The translations under genes were made by a program, and so were the position numbers. 64,000 nucleotides of DNA, from assembly GCA_050916045.1 (NCBI GenBank), contig CP051526.1, forward strand, positions 3,840,001 to 3,904,000. Direction: 5' to 3'. The notes beneath the pieces are model-generated. The model ran no database searches. It was not told where the DNA came from and saw only the letters and a program-made list of their open reading frames with translations. Positions 18,617-28,807 of this stretch are shown here, in pieces. Each line of letters starts with the position of its first letter. Within the stretch, counting starts at the first letter, position 1. Source of the DNA: Tepidisphaera sp. Lineage in GTDB: Bacteria; Planctomycetota; Phycisphaerae; Phycisphaerales; UBA1924.

Positions 18617-18675
18617 GGCTCGCACGTTCGCCAAAGCGACCGACGTCAGGCCGGAAGCGACGAGTCGCGGGGTGG
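18580..18675 (+). repeat. 96-bp direct repeat copy 2
   Basis: Matches 18011-18106; spans the stop of paralog 1 and the start of paralog 2 (GTGA overlap). Confidence 0.9.
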
Positions 18676-19179
18676 GCACTGGTCATGACGGGCTTGGCGA
18701 TCGCGGCAATTGCGCTTTTCTCCTTTTTCACGACTCGGTCCTGGTCGGCGAGTTCAACATCATGGTGGATCAGCATCGACGCTGAATGCACTCACATCGG
18801 GTGGAATTCCCGCCAGTCGGACACGATTTCCTTCTTGGGTTATCGAACCGCAGACGACGGCTTCTTTTGGCTTCCACAACACGGAGATTCGAGGCCGATC
18901 TCGACCGCAATACTCGCGATCCGCGTCGACCCGTGGCCAGTCGGCGGGCCGCTAGATCGTGTCGAGGTGATCTTCGCCGTTTGGCCGACCGTGTTCGGAG
19001 CCCTTGGCGTGGGAGGTTTCCTGGCACTCTGGGGAAGAATGGGCGATCGAGCACAGCCCGGAGTCTGTCTTGCGTGCCGCTACGACCGCTCAGGCCTCGC
19101 CGCTGAAACCCCTTGCCCGGAATGCGGTAGCAGTGTTCGCGACGTGACGAGGCAGACTGTCGTGCCGCCGAAAGCCTGA
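18613..19179 (+). CDS. Membrane protein with C-terminal zinc ribbon (paralog 2)
   Basis: Same N-terminus KRPTSGRKRRVAGW; two TM helices; CLACRYDRSGLAAETPCPECG. Confidence 0.75.
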   Translation: MRLARSPKRPTSGRKRRVAGWALVMTGLAIAAIALFSFFTTRSWSASSTSWWISIDAECTHIGWNSRQSDTISFLGYRTADDGFFWLPQHGDSRPISTAILAIRVDPWPVGGPLDRVEVIFAVWPTVFGALGVGGFLALWGRMGDRAQPGVCLACRYDRSGLAAETPCPECGSSVRDVTRQTVVPPKA

Positions 19180-19207
19180 GTTTTTCGGGCGACTTGGGCC
19201 GATTCAC

Positions 19208-19232
19208 CCTCGCTGGCGCGTCGGGCTCTGAA
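19208..19232 (-). repeat. Inverted copy of the REP-like arm
   Basis: Exact 25-nt reverse complement of 18009-18033 (TTCAGAGCCCGACGCGCCAGCGAGG). Confidence 0.9.
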
Positions 19233-19239
19233 GGAGAAG

Positions 19240-19743
19240 ATGGGACGCGGACGTGTAAGACGATGGCTGGGCTTGGGGATCGTCGGCGTGGGCGCTGCGG
19301 TCTTCGCGGTCTATCTCGCGTCGGGGTTCTGGCTTCTCGCGGCCAAGCAGCCGCCGCGTCGGTATGTCGTTATCCCCGCGGGCACGCTCTGCATCACATG
19401 GAAGCCCGACCGCCCCACCGCTTCGTGGTCGTGGGAAGGCAGCTTCGCGTGGACGGGGATGAACCTCGACCTCTGGTACAAGCCAGCCGACAGCGGGCCG
19501 CTTGGGTACCTCTTCTACCGCTCGCCGGGGTCGAACCGCGCCCAAGGGTTCATGATCGTGAATCTGCTGCCGGTCAGCGCGCTCGTCATGCTGACCGGAG
19601 CGGGGTTCATCGTGTGGGGGCGGAGGGCCCGGTACCGATCGCGGCCGGGGTTCTGCGGAAAATGCGGGTACGACCGGTCGGGGATCGACGCGGAAGCGTC
19701 GTGCCCGGAGTGCGGATTCCGGCCTCGCGCGAAGCGAACGTGA
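19240..19743 (+). CDS. Membrane protein with C-terminal zinc ribbon (paralog 3)
   Basis: AAGGAG RBS; two TM helices; CGKCGYDRSGIDAEASCPECG. Confidence 0.8.
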   Translation: MGRGRVRRWLGLGIVGVGAAVFAVYLASGFWLLAAKQPPRRYVVIPAGTLCITWKPDRPTASWSWEGSFAWTGMNLDLWYKPADSGPLGYLFYRSPGSNRAQGFMIVNLLPVSALVMLTGAGFIVWGRRARYRSRPGFCGKCGYDRSGIDAEASCPECGFRPRAKRT

Positions 19744-19758
19744 CGGCAAAACCCGCAG

Positions 19759-20988
19759 TCAGCGTGCCGCTTGCTTGGTCGCGTCCGCCGCAAGGTCCGA
19801 AGCGTCGATTGCGAAGACCCAGATCTGCGAGTCTTCGCCGGCTTTGAAGTCGTTGTCGGTCGTGACCAGGAGCGTCCGCTTGCCGTCGGGTTGATCGGGC
19901 CCGAAAGCGAGGCCTTCGATCTTCGCGGGGATCGGCCGCTCGGCGGTGTTGAGCTTGAATCGCGGGTCGAGCAGATCGATCAGCGTCGTCACCGAGCCGG
20001 GCTTGATCTCCGGCGGAAGCTTCAGCGGCGGGAGTTCGCCGACACCCGCGACGTTGGTTGCGCCCGAGAAATCAACCTTCGTGATCCGCTTGGCTTTGGT
20101 CTTGTCGGCTTCCTTGCTGTCGCGTTCGATGGCGAGAAAGACCTCGCCGGTCACCGCGAGCAGCTCATTGGTGCCAAACTGCGGGCTCGTCAGCGGGTAG
20201 ACCCACTCGAGCGGCACCGGGTCCTTCTTGTCCGAGGTCGAGAGGTGGAGCACGCGGATGAACCGCCCGATGCGCTCGTTGGCGTCATCCAGCGCGTGGT
20301 CCTGGATCAGCGGGCCCTGAAGGAATGCGAGCACCTCGCCCGGTGCCGTGATCGCAAGCCCCTCGAACCCTCGGTTGGGCTGACGGCCGCGCGTGTTGAG
20401 CGGGGGGAGTTCATCCTCTTCCAAGCCGCCGCGGGCTTTGGGGTGGTACGCGCTCGGCACGGCGAGACGCTTCAGGAGCTTGCCCGCGGGCGAGAAAGCG
20501 AGCACATGAGGCCCGTACTCGTCGGAGATGTAGATCGTGCCGCCCGGTCCGACGCGGACGCCCTCTGGATCGAGGCGGAGGTCCTCGCTCCCGTCTTCGG
20601 GCCCGGAGGGCTTGTACGCGCCGGTCGCCCCGATGAAGGGACGTCCCGACTCATCGGTGAGCATGACGGTCTTGGTGAGCGTGAAGGACCAGTCCCGAGC
20701 GCCCGGCGAGGACGGCTTGATCGTGGCGATCTGAAACCGGCACTGGTAGGCCGTCCCACCGTCGCGAGGGCCACGATCGGGCAGGAGGATGTACTCGTCG
20801 TCCTTGATCCGGTCGATCGCGGACCCAAACCCGCCCAGCCGGTTGTGCGGAACATCCGACGCGAGGATGTCGGTGAGCCCGGACAGATCCGATGCTCCGG
20901 CGGGGATGGTGATCGTCGCGATCAACGAAACGTCCGCCGCGAGCAGGGAAGCGGGAAGGAAGGCAATGGCGGCGGCGATGGGGCGCAT
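19759..20988 (-). CDS. Esterase-like activity of phytase family protein
   Basis: Signal peptide; GGFGS, LPDRGP, DPEG, SDEYGP, NRGFEGLA, KIEG, TDNDF. Confidence 0.9.
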   Translation of the reverse strand: MRPIAAAIAFLPASLLAADVSLIATITIPAGASDLSGLTDILASDVPHNRLGGFGSAIDRIKDDEYILLPDRGPRDGGTAYQCRFQIATIKPSSPGARDWSFTLTKTVMLTDESGRPFIGATGAYKPSGPEDGSEDLRLDPEGVRVGPGGTIYISDEYGPHVLAFSPAGKLLKRLAVPSAYHPKARGGLEEDELPPLNTRGRQPNRGFEGLAITAPGEVLAFLQGPLIQDHALDDANERIGRFIRVLHLSTSDKKDPVPLEWVYPLTSPQFGTNELLAVTGEVFLAIERDSKEADKTKAKRITKVDFSGATNVAGVGELPPLKLPPEIKPGSVTTLIDLLDPRFKLNTAERPIPAKIEGLAFGPDQPDGKRTLLVTTDNDFKAGEDSQIWVFAIDASDLAADATKQAAR

Positions 20989-21064
20989 GGTCGTGGCTCC
21001 GGGTGTACGCTGGGTGTGATGGTTGGAGGCCCTCCGTGAAGAGACCGCTCAGGATGCGCAAAGA

Positions 21065-21901
21065 ATGAACCCGGCGACGTTCACCATCCTGGTGTTCGCG
21101 GGGTCGATGGCCGCCGGGTGCCTCGGGGCGCTCACGGGCCTGGGCGGCGGCGTGGTGGTCATCCCGATGCTTGTGTTGGCGTTCGGCGTGGACCTCAAGT
21201 ACGCGATCGGAGCGTCGCTGGTCGCGGTGATCTCGACGAGCACGGGCGCGGCCGCGGCGTACGTCCGGGAGGGGTACACGAACACCCGCATTGCGATGCT
21301 GCTCGAGGTCGCGACGACCGCCGGGGCGCTGCTCGGGGCGTATGTCGCTGGGTTCCTGCGGGCGGACATCATTGTCTACATCTTCTCGGCGGTGCTTTTC
21401 TGGTCCGCGTGGAACGCGACCAAGGAACCCAAGCCGAGCAAACCGGGCGAGGCGCCGGATCCACTGGCGACGAAGCTTCGCCTGGACGGGTCTTATCCGA
21501 CGCCCCAGGGGCCGGTCGCGTACCGGGTGCGGAACGTGCCGGGCGCGTTCGCGGTGATGCTCTTCGCCGGAATCCTGTCGGCGGTGGTGGGCATCGGGTC
21601 GGGAGTGGTGAAGGTGCTCGCGATGGACCGGCTGATGCGGTTGCCGTTCAAAGTGAGCACGACGACAAGCAACTTCATGATCGGGGTGACGGCGGCGGCT
21701 TCGGCGGGGGTGTACCTGCACCGCGGCCAGCTTGAGCCCACGCTTTGCGCGCCGGTCGCGCTTGGAGCGATGGCCGGAGCGTTGATCGGGTCAAAGGTTT
21801 TGGCGCGGGCGCGGGTGCGCTGGCTTCGGATCATCTTCGCGGTGACGGTGGCGGCGTCGGGCGTGCAGCTGGTGCTTCGGGCGATCCGGGGGGAGGTCTG
21901 A
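21065..21901 (+). CDS. TauE/SafE (TSUP) family permease
   Basis: GALTGLGGG, GIGSGVVKVLAMD...TTTSNFMIGVTAA. Confidence 0.92.
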   Translation: MNPATFTILVFAGSMAAGCLGALTGLGGGVVVIPMLVLAFGVDLKYAIGASLVAVISTSTGAAAAYVREGYTNTRIAMLLEVATTAGALLGAYVAGFLRADIIVYIFSAVLFWSAWNATKEPKPSKPGEAPDPLATKLRLDGSYPTPQGPVAYRVRNVPGAFAVMLFAGILSAVVGIGSGVVKVLAMDRLMRLPFKVSTTTSNFMIGVTAAASAGVYLHRGQLEPTLCAPVALGAMAGALIGSKVLARARVRWLRIIFAVTVAASGVQLVLRAIRGEV

Positions 21902-22281
21902 TGGAAGCCAAGCCGAAGATCAGCTCGGTCAATCGCTGGCTTGCGAACGTCATGGTCGCGGGCGTGTGCGTCTCGGCGGCGCTGTGCGGGCTCGGGCTGA
22001 TGATCGCGCTGGGCCGGGATGACCCTCGGGCACCGCTCAAGCCGTTCGCGGGTGTCGCGGAGGGGCTGAACTCGCCTCGGGGCGTGCTGGCGGCGGCGGG
22101 AAATCTCGAGCCGGCCGGGCTGATGGCTCTGGGGGTGCTGGTGCTGATCGCGACGCCCGTGATCCGCGTCGGATTTGCCCTGGTGGGGTTCGTGATCGAG
22201 GGGGACCGGGTGTACATGGTGGTGACGTCGATCGTGCTGGCGTTGCTCGCGTGCGGGCTGTTTTTCGGGATGGTGGACTGA
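21901..22281 (+). CDS. DUF1634 family membrane protein
   Basis: LGVLVLIATPVIRV motif; translationally coupled to the TauE gene (TGATG). Confidence 0.85.
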   Translation: MEAKPKISSVNRWLANVMVAGVCVSAALCGLGLMIALGRDDPRAPLKPFAGVAEGLNSPRGVLAAAGNLEPAGLMALGVLVLIATPVIRVGFALVGFVIEGDRVYMVVTSIVLALLACGLFFGMVD

Positions 22282-22344
22282 GCGCGGGATGGGGCCGGCG
22301 GAGCGGAACACCGGCCCGTCGGCCTCCCGGCTACACTCGCCCCC

Positions 22345-23055
22345 GTGAGCGATCTGGCTTCCATCTCGTCGCTTTTCGCCGGTCGATTCCTCGCGTTCGA
22401 AGGGGCTGACGGCTCGGGCAAAAGCACGCAGCTCAAGCGGTTCGTTGACGCGTTGGCCGCCGCGGGACTGACCGTGTGCGAAGTCCGCGAGCCTGGCGGC
22501 ACAGCGATCGGCGAAGAGATTCGCAAGGTCCTTCTCCACACCAAGGAAGAGATGACGCTCCACTGCGAGATGCTCCTCTACATGGCGAGCAGAGCGCAAC
22601 TTGTCGAGCAGCGGATCCTGCCGGCGCTGGCCGCAGGTCACGTGGTCATCGCGGACCGGTTCCTGAGCTCGACCATCGCGTACCAGGGCGCGGGCGGCGG
22701 CGTGCCGGTCGAGGACATCCTCGCGGTGGGGAAAGCCGCGACGCGCGGCCGGCTTCCGGACCTCATCATCATCTTCGACGTCGACAAGGAAACCGCAGCG
22801 CGACGGACGCGCGGCGTTCAGGCGCCCAAGACCAAGCGGCGGTCGACCGCGACTGCGGGAGCTCCGTCTGTGACGCTTTTCGACGACCGGATCGAGCAGC
22901 GCGGGGACGATTTCCACTCGCGGGTGCGGCAGAGCTATCTGGACCAAGCCGCGGCGGAGCCCGCCCGGCACCTGGTGATCGACGCCCGGCCGGATCCCGA
23001 GACGGTGTGGAAATCGCTTGTTTCGGCGGTTTCGGCACGTCTGAAGGCGATCTGA
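22345..23055 (+). CDS. tmk: Thymidylate kinase
   Basis: FEGADGSGKST, REPGG, DRFLSSTIAYQG. Confidence 0.95.
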   Translation: MSDLASISSLFAGRFLAFEGADGSGKSTQLKRFVDALAAAGLTVCEVREPGGTAIGEEIRKVLLHTKEEMTLHCEMLLYMASRAQLVEQRILPALAAGHVVIADRFLSSTIAYQGAGGGVPVEDILAVGKAATRGRLPDLIIIFDVDKETAARRTRGVQAPKTKRRSTATAGAPSVTLFDDRIEQRGDDFHSRVRQSYLDQAAAEPARHLVIDARPDPETVWKSLVSAVSARLKAI

Positions 23056-23223
23056 GGGCGTCTGGCGGTACTTATCGGACAGGCCGGTCGCGCACCCGGT
23101 TCCAGAATCAACGTCGGCTCCGTCGATGCAGACGGTGGCTTCGCGGACGCCCCCTTGCAACGGTCGCAGCGTGTGCGACGGATATGCGGGCGTCCCGAGG
23201 GCCGTGCAACGACGAGGTTTCAC

Positions 23224-23538
23224 ATGCTCCTGTCCGACAGGCTGACTGATTCCGACTCTAAAGGGCCGAAGGCGTACGCCTTTCCTTCGGCAAGGAGTCG
23301 ACCGTTGAAGCACACGCCCAAGCCGAAGCTGAGACTGACGACCGATGAGCCGGAGGACACGCCGGCGCCGCTCCGGTTCAATCCCAAAGCCAAGGGCGAC
23401 GACGCGCAGGTCGAGCAGACGACCGATGATCTCTCCGCCGGCGTGGGCGAAGCGATCGAGAACGCTCAGCGCAAACTTGACGACCTGCGGAAGCTGCTTT
23501 TCCCCGATCAGGATGATGACGGCCCGCGTGCGGCGTGA
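23224..23538 (+). CDS. Hypothetical protein
   Basis: GAGG upstream; acidic helical C-terminus ending DGPRAA. Confidence 0.5.
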   Translation: MLLSDRLTDSDSKGPKAYAFPSARSRPLKHTPKPKLRLTTDEPEDTPAPLRFNPKAKGDDAQVEQTTDDLSAGVGEAIENAQRKLDDLRKLLFPDQDDDGPRAA

Positions 23539-23548
23539 TCGTCGCGGC

Positions 23549-25264
23549 TTAGGGCATGCCGACACGCATGACGACGAGGGTCTCGTCGTCGGCGCGGCTT
23601 GAGAGGCCGGTGAACCGGCGCACTTCCCAGTGAAGCAGATCCAGGATGCGGGCGGCTGTCGCTTCGGGCTCGGCCGCGAGGATCGCAAGCACCGACGCTC
23701 GGAGCCGCTTCTTTCCGAATTTTTCGCCGCTGAAATTGGTCGCGTCGGTGACCCCGTCGGTGTAGGCGATCATGACGTCGCGTGGCTGCATGTCGTAGAC
23801 GGCCCGCTGGTACCGCTGCGAGCGGTCGATCCCCAGGACCATCCCGCCGACGGAAAGCTCGTCGATGTCCGCGGGGGAGGGGGCTCGGTGCGTCGGAACC
23901 CGAACCACAAGCGTCGGATCGTGCCCGGCGCAGCAGTAGGTCAGTCGGAGCGTGATGGGATCGAGCACGCCGTACCAGAGCGTGGCGAACTCGTTGTCGA
24001 GGGTGTCGCGGCAGAGCGCCTGGTTCACCTTCGAGACCACCGCGTCAAGGTCGTAGACCTCCTGCGCGTGGGCCCGGAGCGCCGAACGCACCGAAGCCAT
24101 CAGCAACGCCGCGGCAACACCCTTGCCGACGACGTCCCCCACTACCACGCCGAGATTCCCGTGAAGCTCGATGAAGTCGTAGAAGTCGCCGCCAAGCTCA
24201 AAGCTCGGAACGTACCGCGCGGAGAGATCGACACCCTTGAGCTGCGGCAGGCGCGAGGGAAGCATGCGCCGCTGAACGTCGGCCGCGAGCTCAAGCTGAC
24301 GCTGGATGCGCCGTTCCTCTTCGCCAAGGCGGAGCAGGCGAGCCTGCTGCACCGCGACGGCCGCTTGCTGCGCGATCGAGCGGACCAGGCGACGCTCGAA
24401 CTCACCAAAGGTCCGCTTTTCACGGGCGTAAAGACGAAGAACGCCGAGCGGTCGGTTCTGGAAGATCAGGCCGGCGTGGAGCGCGGCGACAAGCCCTTCC
24501 TCGGCGGCTTTGTCTGGGATCTGCACGCGCGGATCGGACTGGAGCTCTTCCGAAGCGACGACTTCGCCACCGAGAGCCATGCGGTCAAAGAGGCGGTCCT
24601 TGGAGAGGGGCTGCGGCCACTCAAGCCATGCTTTGGAGAGGTTGCGGCTGGTCGAAAGGGAAAGATCCTCTTCGTTGCTGTCGCCGACGACGCCGTCGGC
24701 GTCCTCCTTGAGGAGCATGATGGATCCCGCGTCCATTTCGAGAACGTCGATCGCGGCTTCGAGCGCGACCTCGAGGACGCGCTGCATACCCGAGGCCTGC
24801 GCGAGCAGGGAGGTCAGCCGGAAGAGGGCGCCGAGCTCCTTGACCTTGTGCTGAACCTCGCGTTCGTGCTCGCAAAGCTCGGCGCTGGTGCCGGCGAGGT
24901 ATCCGAGCACGCGTTCGAGCGTCGATCGGGCGTCGCGGGGCAGGTGCGGCTCACCCTCGCGGACCGCGAGCGACCCGATGCGCTCGCCGCCGACGCGAAG
25001 CGGGAAGCTCATCCCGCCAGCGGACTTGGCGGTGTCGCGGTCGTCAACCACGGCCCAGAGAGCCGAGGCGTCCTCGGGCTTGATGATGCGGCGGCCCTGC
25101 GCGTCGCGAAGCTGAACCTCGACTCCCATGAGCCGAGAGAGCTCATCGCAAAGCTGCACCAGCGAGCCGTCGGTCAGGAAGTCGGTGATCGACATCATCG
25201 CGCCGCTTCGGGATGCGGCGGGCTTGGCTGGGTCGGAAGCGGTAGTGCCTGGTGCGATGGTCAT
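23549..25264 (-). CDS. PocR-like sensor + GAF + SpoIIE/PP2C phosphatase
   Basis: GGDFYD, GDVVGKGVAAAL, AGH, YTDGVTD, DDETL; central GAF-like region. Confidence 0.9.
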   Translation of the reverse strand: MTIAPGTTASDPAKPAASRSGAMMSITDFLTDGSLVQLCDELSRLMGVEVQLRDAQGRRIIKPEDASALWAVVDDRDTAKSAGGMSFPLRVGGERIGSLAVREGEPHLPRDARSTLERVLGYLAGTSAELCEHEREVQHKVKELGALFRLTSLLAQASGMQRVLEVALEAAIDVLEMDAGSIMLLKEDADGVVGDSNEEDLSLSTSRNLSKAWLEWPQPLSKDRLFDRMALGGEVVASEELQSDPRVQIPDKAAEEGLVAALHAGLIFQNRPLGVLRLYAREKRTFGEFERRLVRSIAQQAAVAVQQARLLRLGEEERRIQRQLELAADVQRRMLPSRLPQLKGVDLSARYVPSFELGGDFYDFIELHGNLGVVVGDVVGKGVAAALLMASVRSALRAHAQEVYDLDAVVSKVNQALCRDTLDNEFATLWYGVLDPITLRLTYCCAGHDPTLVVRVPTHRAPSPADIDELSVGGMVLGIDRSQRYQRAVYDMQPRDVMIAYTDGVTDATNFSGEKFGKKRLRASVLAILAAEPEATAARILDLLHWEVRRFTGLSSRADDETLVVMRVGMP

Positions 25265-25301
25265 GCGTGGTGAAGTAGGAACGGTTGCGTTGGTGTGCGG
25301 A

Positions 25302-27026
25302 TCACTTGACGGGCGCGGCTTCGGGCTTGGTTTCGGCGGCTTCGTCCGCGGGCTTGGCCGGCTCGGCTTCGGGTGCCGGGGGCATTTCGGTTGGCATCTG
25401 ATCAAGCCAGACGGCACGGAGGTATCGCTCGATCCGGCCCGCAAGCTTGTCGTCATCGCTTTCCGCGGGGAGCGCCTCGACCGCCGCGAGGCCCTCGCGG
25501 ACCGCGGCCTGATCGTTCGCATGGAACCCGACGTACGCGAGCATGAATCCAACATCGCGAACACCGAGCGACATCGCCAGAGCATCCGCGTACTGCGTGC
25601 CCTTCAGCCGTGTGCGAAGCGTCGAGATGATCTCCGCCATCCGCGCGGAGTCGGGGAGCAGCGCGGGGTCGTACGTCGAAACCGCCGTCTCGGGGCTGAC
25701 GACGAGAAGCTCGCGCAGATTGACCGACGCCGACAGGTACATGCCCGCTCCGAGCTGCGCGTGAAGCCGGCCCGCCTGGGCCGAAGGATCGCGCTGACGG
25801 GCGGCCAGAGCGCGGCTGAACCGGTCCTCGGCGTCGAAGTAGCGCTTCTCCGCGAGGGCCTGCTGACCCCCGGCCATCGCGCGGGCGTAGATCGGAAGCG
25901 AAGCCCGCGCGTCGGGCACCTCGAGCAGCTTGGGCACGTTCATCTTGCTGTCGCGGATCATCTTGAGCGTCAGCGGGTTGAGCTGCGAGACCGCGTCGTC
26001 CTCGGTGAGCTTGTCCTTCTCCTTGTCGGCGACCTCGCGCGCGGGCAGGCCGAGCAGGTGGCGGCGGAGAGCTTCGATGCGGCGCTCCCAAGGCTCGGCT
26101 TCCGCCGGGTTGGCCGCGGGATCGGCCTGGCTGTCGGCGGGCTTGGCGGCAGGAGCGGGCTTGGGCGGCGTGCTTTCTTCGCCCGGCTTCTTCCATGACT
26201 TCAGCCGCTCGGTCAGCGTGTCGTACGCGGTGGAATAGTCCGCTTTGGGCTTGTCGACCGAATTGTTGATCGAGTTGTTGACCGAACGGTCGATCGGCTT
26301 GGAGGAATCGGAAGTGTTCGCACGCGTTTCCTCGGCTCCGGGAAGAGCGGACCGGTTGCTGGGGTTGTTCACCTTCTGCACGCGAAGCCCGAGCAGCGGC
26401 GAAGACATCAGCCGGTAATAGGAGGATTCATCACGGGGCCGCTCACCCAGCGCCGTGGGCCGCAGCGCGCGTGACGAGGAGTACGAAGCCGTCGAGCGGA
26501 TCCAATCGGCACCGGCGACCTCGTCGCGTGGGCGCGTGTCGCGGGCGATGGTCACGCCCGATTCGCCGATCCGCGGCACACCGAGGCTTCCCACCACCGA
26601 GCGCGGCACGGATGACCCGGTCGTCATCGCGAACTGGTACTGCAGGGCTTCGGTCCCGCGGATCCCCTGTCCGGCGAGGCCGGAGTAGAACGAATCGCGA
26701 CGGAAGGCGTAGAGGTCGTCACCGCCGGTCGTGCCGCGGAATCGATCGGGGGACGCGTACGGAGTGTTCCCGCGGAACGAGAGCCCGCCCGGCGCCCCGC
26801 CCGTCACGATCGAATTGCGAAAGCGCACCTCGGCCGCGAAGTCGCGCCCGCCCTTGGGCTGGTCGATCTGGGGGTGGGTTCGGATGTCCCGCTTGAGGCC
26901 GCGCCCGTCGCCGAGAGCGTTCTGTGCGAGCGCGGGGGCCGCCATGCCGGCGAGGGCCGCCAAGCTGAGCACGCCGATGACCAGGGATGGCTTGACGCGG
27001 GGTGTCGTGGCGGTTGACTGGGACAT
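25302..27026 (-). CDS. Secreted hypothetical protein with helical-repeat C-terminus
   Basis: Signal peptide ending ALAQ, then NALGDGR; TPR-like YFDAEDRFSRAL. Confidence 0.7.
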   Translation of the reverse strand: MSQSTATTPRVKPSLVIGVLSLAALAGMAAPALAQNALGDGRGLKRDIRTHPQIDQPKGGRDFAAEVRFRNSIVTGGAPGGLSFRGNTPYASPDRFRGTTGGDDLYAFRRDSFYSGLAGQGIRGTEALQYQFAMTTGSSVPRSVVGSLGVPRIGESGVTIARDTRPRDEVAGADWIRSTASYSSSRALRPTALGERPRDESSYYRLMSSPLLGLRVQKVNNPSNRSALPGAEETRANTSDSSKPIDRSVNNSINNSVDKPKADYSTAYDTLTERLKSWKKPGEESTPPKPAPAAKPADSQADPAANPAEAEPWERRIEALRRHLLGLPAREVADKEKDKLTEDDAVSQLNPLTLKMIRDSKMNVPKLLEVPDARASLPIYARAMAGGQQALAEKRYFDAEDRFSRALAARQRDPSAQAGRLHAQLGAGMYLSASVNLRELLVVSPETAVSTYDPALLPDSARMAEIISTLRTRLKGTQYADALAMSLGVRDVGFMLAYVGFHANDQAAVREGLAAVEALPAESDDDKLAGRIERYLRAVWLDQMPTEMPPAPEAEPAKPADEAAETKPEAAPVK

Positions 27027-27172
27027 GAGGGCTCTCCGTGCTCACGGGTACGTCCGAGGCGGAACTCTAGGTCGGATGGCTCGACCCTCGCCTCGCGATT
27101 TACGTTCTTTGGTCGGATTTATGCTGAACTTTGCTCGGTATCGCGGCCTGGGATTGGACCTACACTCCCTCG

Positions 27173-28807
27173 ATGAGTTCCTATATCACGACCCCCATCT
27201 ACTACGTCAACGACCGGCCCCACATCGGGCACTGCTTCACCACGCTCATCGGGGACTGCATGGCCAGGTACGAGCGGCTGATCGGCGGGGACCCTTCCGA
27301 CGTCTTTTTCCTGACCGGGACGGATGAGCACGCCGACAAGGTCGTGACCTCGGCCGCGGCCCACAACATGACGCCCATTCAGTGGGCGGACCACAACGCC
27401 GAGCAGTTCAAGAAGGCTTTCGCGTTCATCCACGCTTCGCACGACGACTTCATCCGCACGACCGAAGAGCGGCACAAAGCCCACGTCCTGGCATACATCC
27501 GCAAGCTCAAAGCCCACGGGGACGTCTACCTCGGCGACTACACCGGCTGGTGGGACCCCTCTCAAGAGGAATACCTCACCGAATCCGTCGCTTCGTCGAG
27601 CCCCCACGGGCCGTTCACCAGCCCCGTGACCGGCAAACCCCTCGAGAAGCGGACCGAAAAGAACTACTTCTTCCGGTTGTCCGCCTATCAGGACCGCCTC
27701 AAAGCCCACATCGAAGCCAACCCCACCTTCATCCTCCCCGTCTCGCGCCGCAACGAAGTGCTGGGCCGCTTGCGTGACGGGCTCTCCGACATCCCCATCA
27801 GCCGCGCGGTGACGAGCGACCCGACGACCCAGTGGGGCATCCTGATGCCCGATGACCCGTCGCACCGGATCTACGTCTGGATCGACGCGCTCTTCAATTA
27901 CCTCACCGTGGTCGACACCCCCGACCGGCGGAAGTTCTGGCCGGCGAAGGTCCACACGATGGCCAAGGACATCCTGTGGTTCCACGCGGTGATCTGGCCG
28001 TGCTTGCTGATGGCTCTGAGCGAGCCGCTCCCTGGCACCGTCTACGTCCACAGCTACTGGGTGCGTGACGGAAAGAAGATGTCCAAAAGCCTCGGCAACT
28101 TCGTCGACCTCGCGGTGCTCGGCGCGTACGCGGAGCGTTACAGCGTCGATGCGGTGCGGTGGTACCTCCTCACGCAGGGGCCGACGGGGAACACCGACGC
28201 GGACTTCAGCTACGCGAAGTTCGTCGAGGTGTACAACACGGATCTCGCCAACAGCTTCGGCAACTGCGCGAGCCGCGTGGGCAACATGATCGAGAAGTAC
28301 TTCGGCGGGGTCGTCCCTGAGCCCGTCCCCACGCCCGAGGGCGAGATGTGGACCGGGCACGACTGGCCGGGAGGCAGCATCTGCGCCACGGCGACCGAGA
28401 ACGTTGTCCGCGCGGTCGGGTACGTCGATGTCTCCGAAGCTCTTTCGGCCGCCATCGCGATCATCCGCTCGGTCGACCTCTACATCAACGAAACGGCTCC
28501 GTTCAAGCTCGCCAAGCAGGTGGAGGCAAACCCGGCGCTCAAGGATCGCCTGGGCCTGATCCTCTACAACTGCGCCGAAGCGATCCGCGTCGCTTCCGTC
28601 CTGCTCAGCCCCGCCATGCCGACGAAGATGGCCGAGTTCTGGGCGCTCTGGGGCTGTGCTCCAAAGCCCGGCACCAAACTCGTCGATCTGGCGGCGTTCG
28701 GCGGTGAACACCGGCTTCAGCCCGGAAGCGAGATCAAGAAGGGTGACCCGCTCTTCATGCGGGCGGATCCCAAGCTTGACGAGCCCAAAGGGCCGACGGC
28801 GGCTTGA
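27173..28807 (+). CDS. metG: Methionine--tRNA ligase (short form)
   Basis: YITTPIYYVN..HIGH, TGTDEH, YVWIDAL, KMSKS. Confidence 0.96.
   Translation: MSSYITTPIYYVNDRPHIGHCFTTLIGDCMARYERLIGGDPSDVFFLTGTDEHADKVVTSAAAHNMTPIQWADHNAEQFKKAFAFIHASHDDFIRTTEERHKAHVLAYIRKLKAHGDVYLGDYTGWWDPSQEEYLTESVASSSPHGPFTSPVTGKPLEKRTEKNYFFRLSAYQDRLKAHIEANPTFILPVSRRNEVLGRLRDGLSDIPISRAVTSDPTTQWGILMPDDPSHRIYVWIDALFNYLTVVDTPDRRKFWPAKVHTMAKDILWFHAVIWPCLLMALSEPLPGTVYVHSYWVRDGKKMSKSLGNFVDLAVLGAYAERYSVDAVRWYLLTQGPTGNTDADFSYAKFVEVYNTDLANSFGNCASRVGNMIEKYFGGVVPEPVPTPEGEMWTGHDWPGGSICATATENVVRAVGYVDVSEALSAAIAIIRSVDLYINETAPFKLAKQVEANPALKDRLGLILYNCAEAIRVASVLLSPAMPTKMAEFWALWGCAPKPGTKLVDLAAFGGEHRLQPGSEIKKGDPLFMRADPKLDEPKGPTAA

Noticed and set aside
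18011..18675. Diversity-generating retroelement TR/VR pair
   Set aside because: Only 3 of 5 mismatches are at adenines, the repeat is at gene 5' ends, and no reverse transcriptase is present.
18009..19232. IS element or integron cassette
   Set aside because: No transposase or integrase, no visible target-site duplication and no attC-like core sites recognised.
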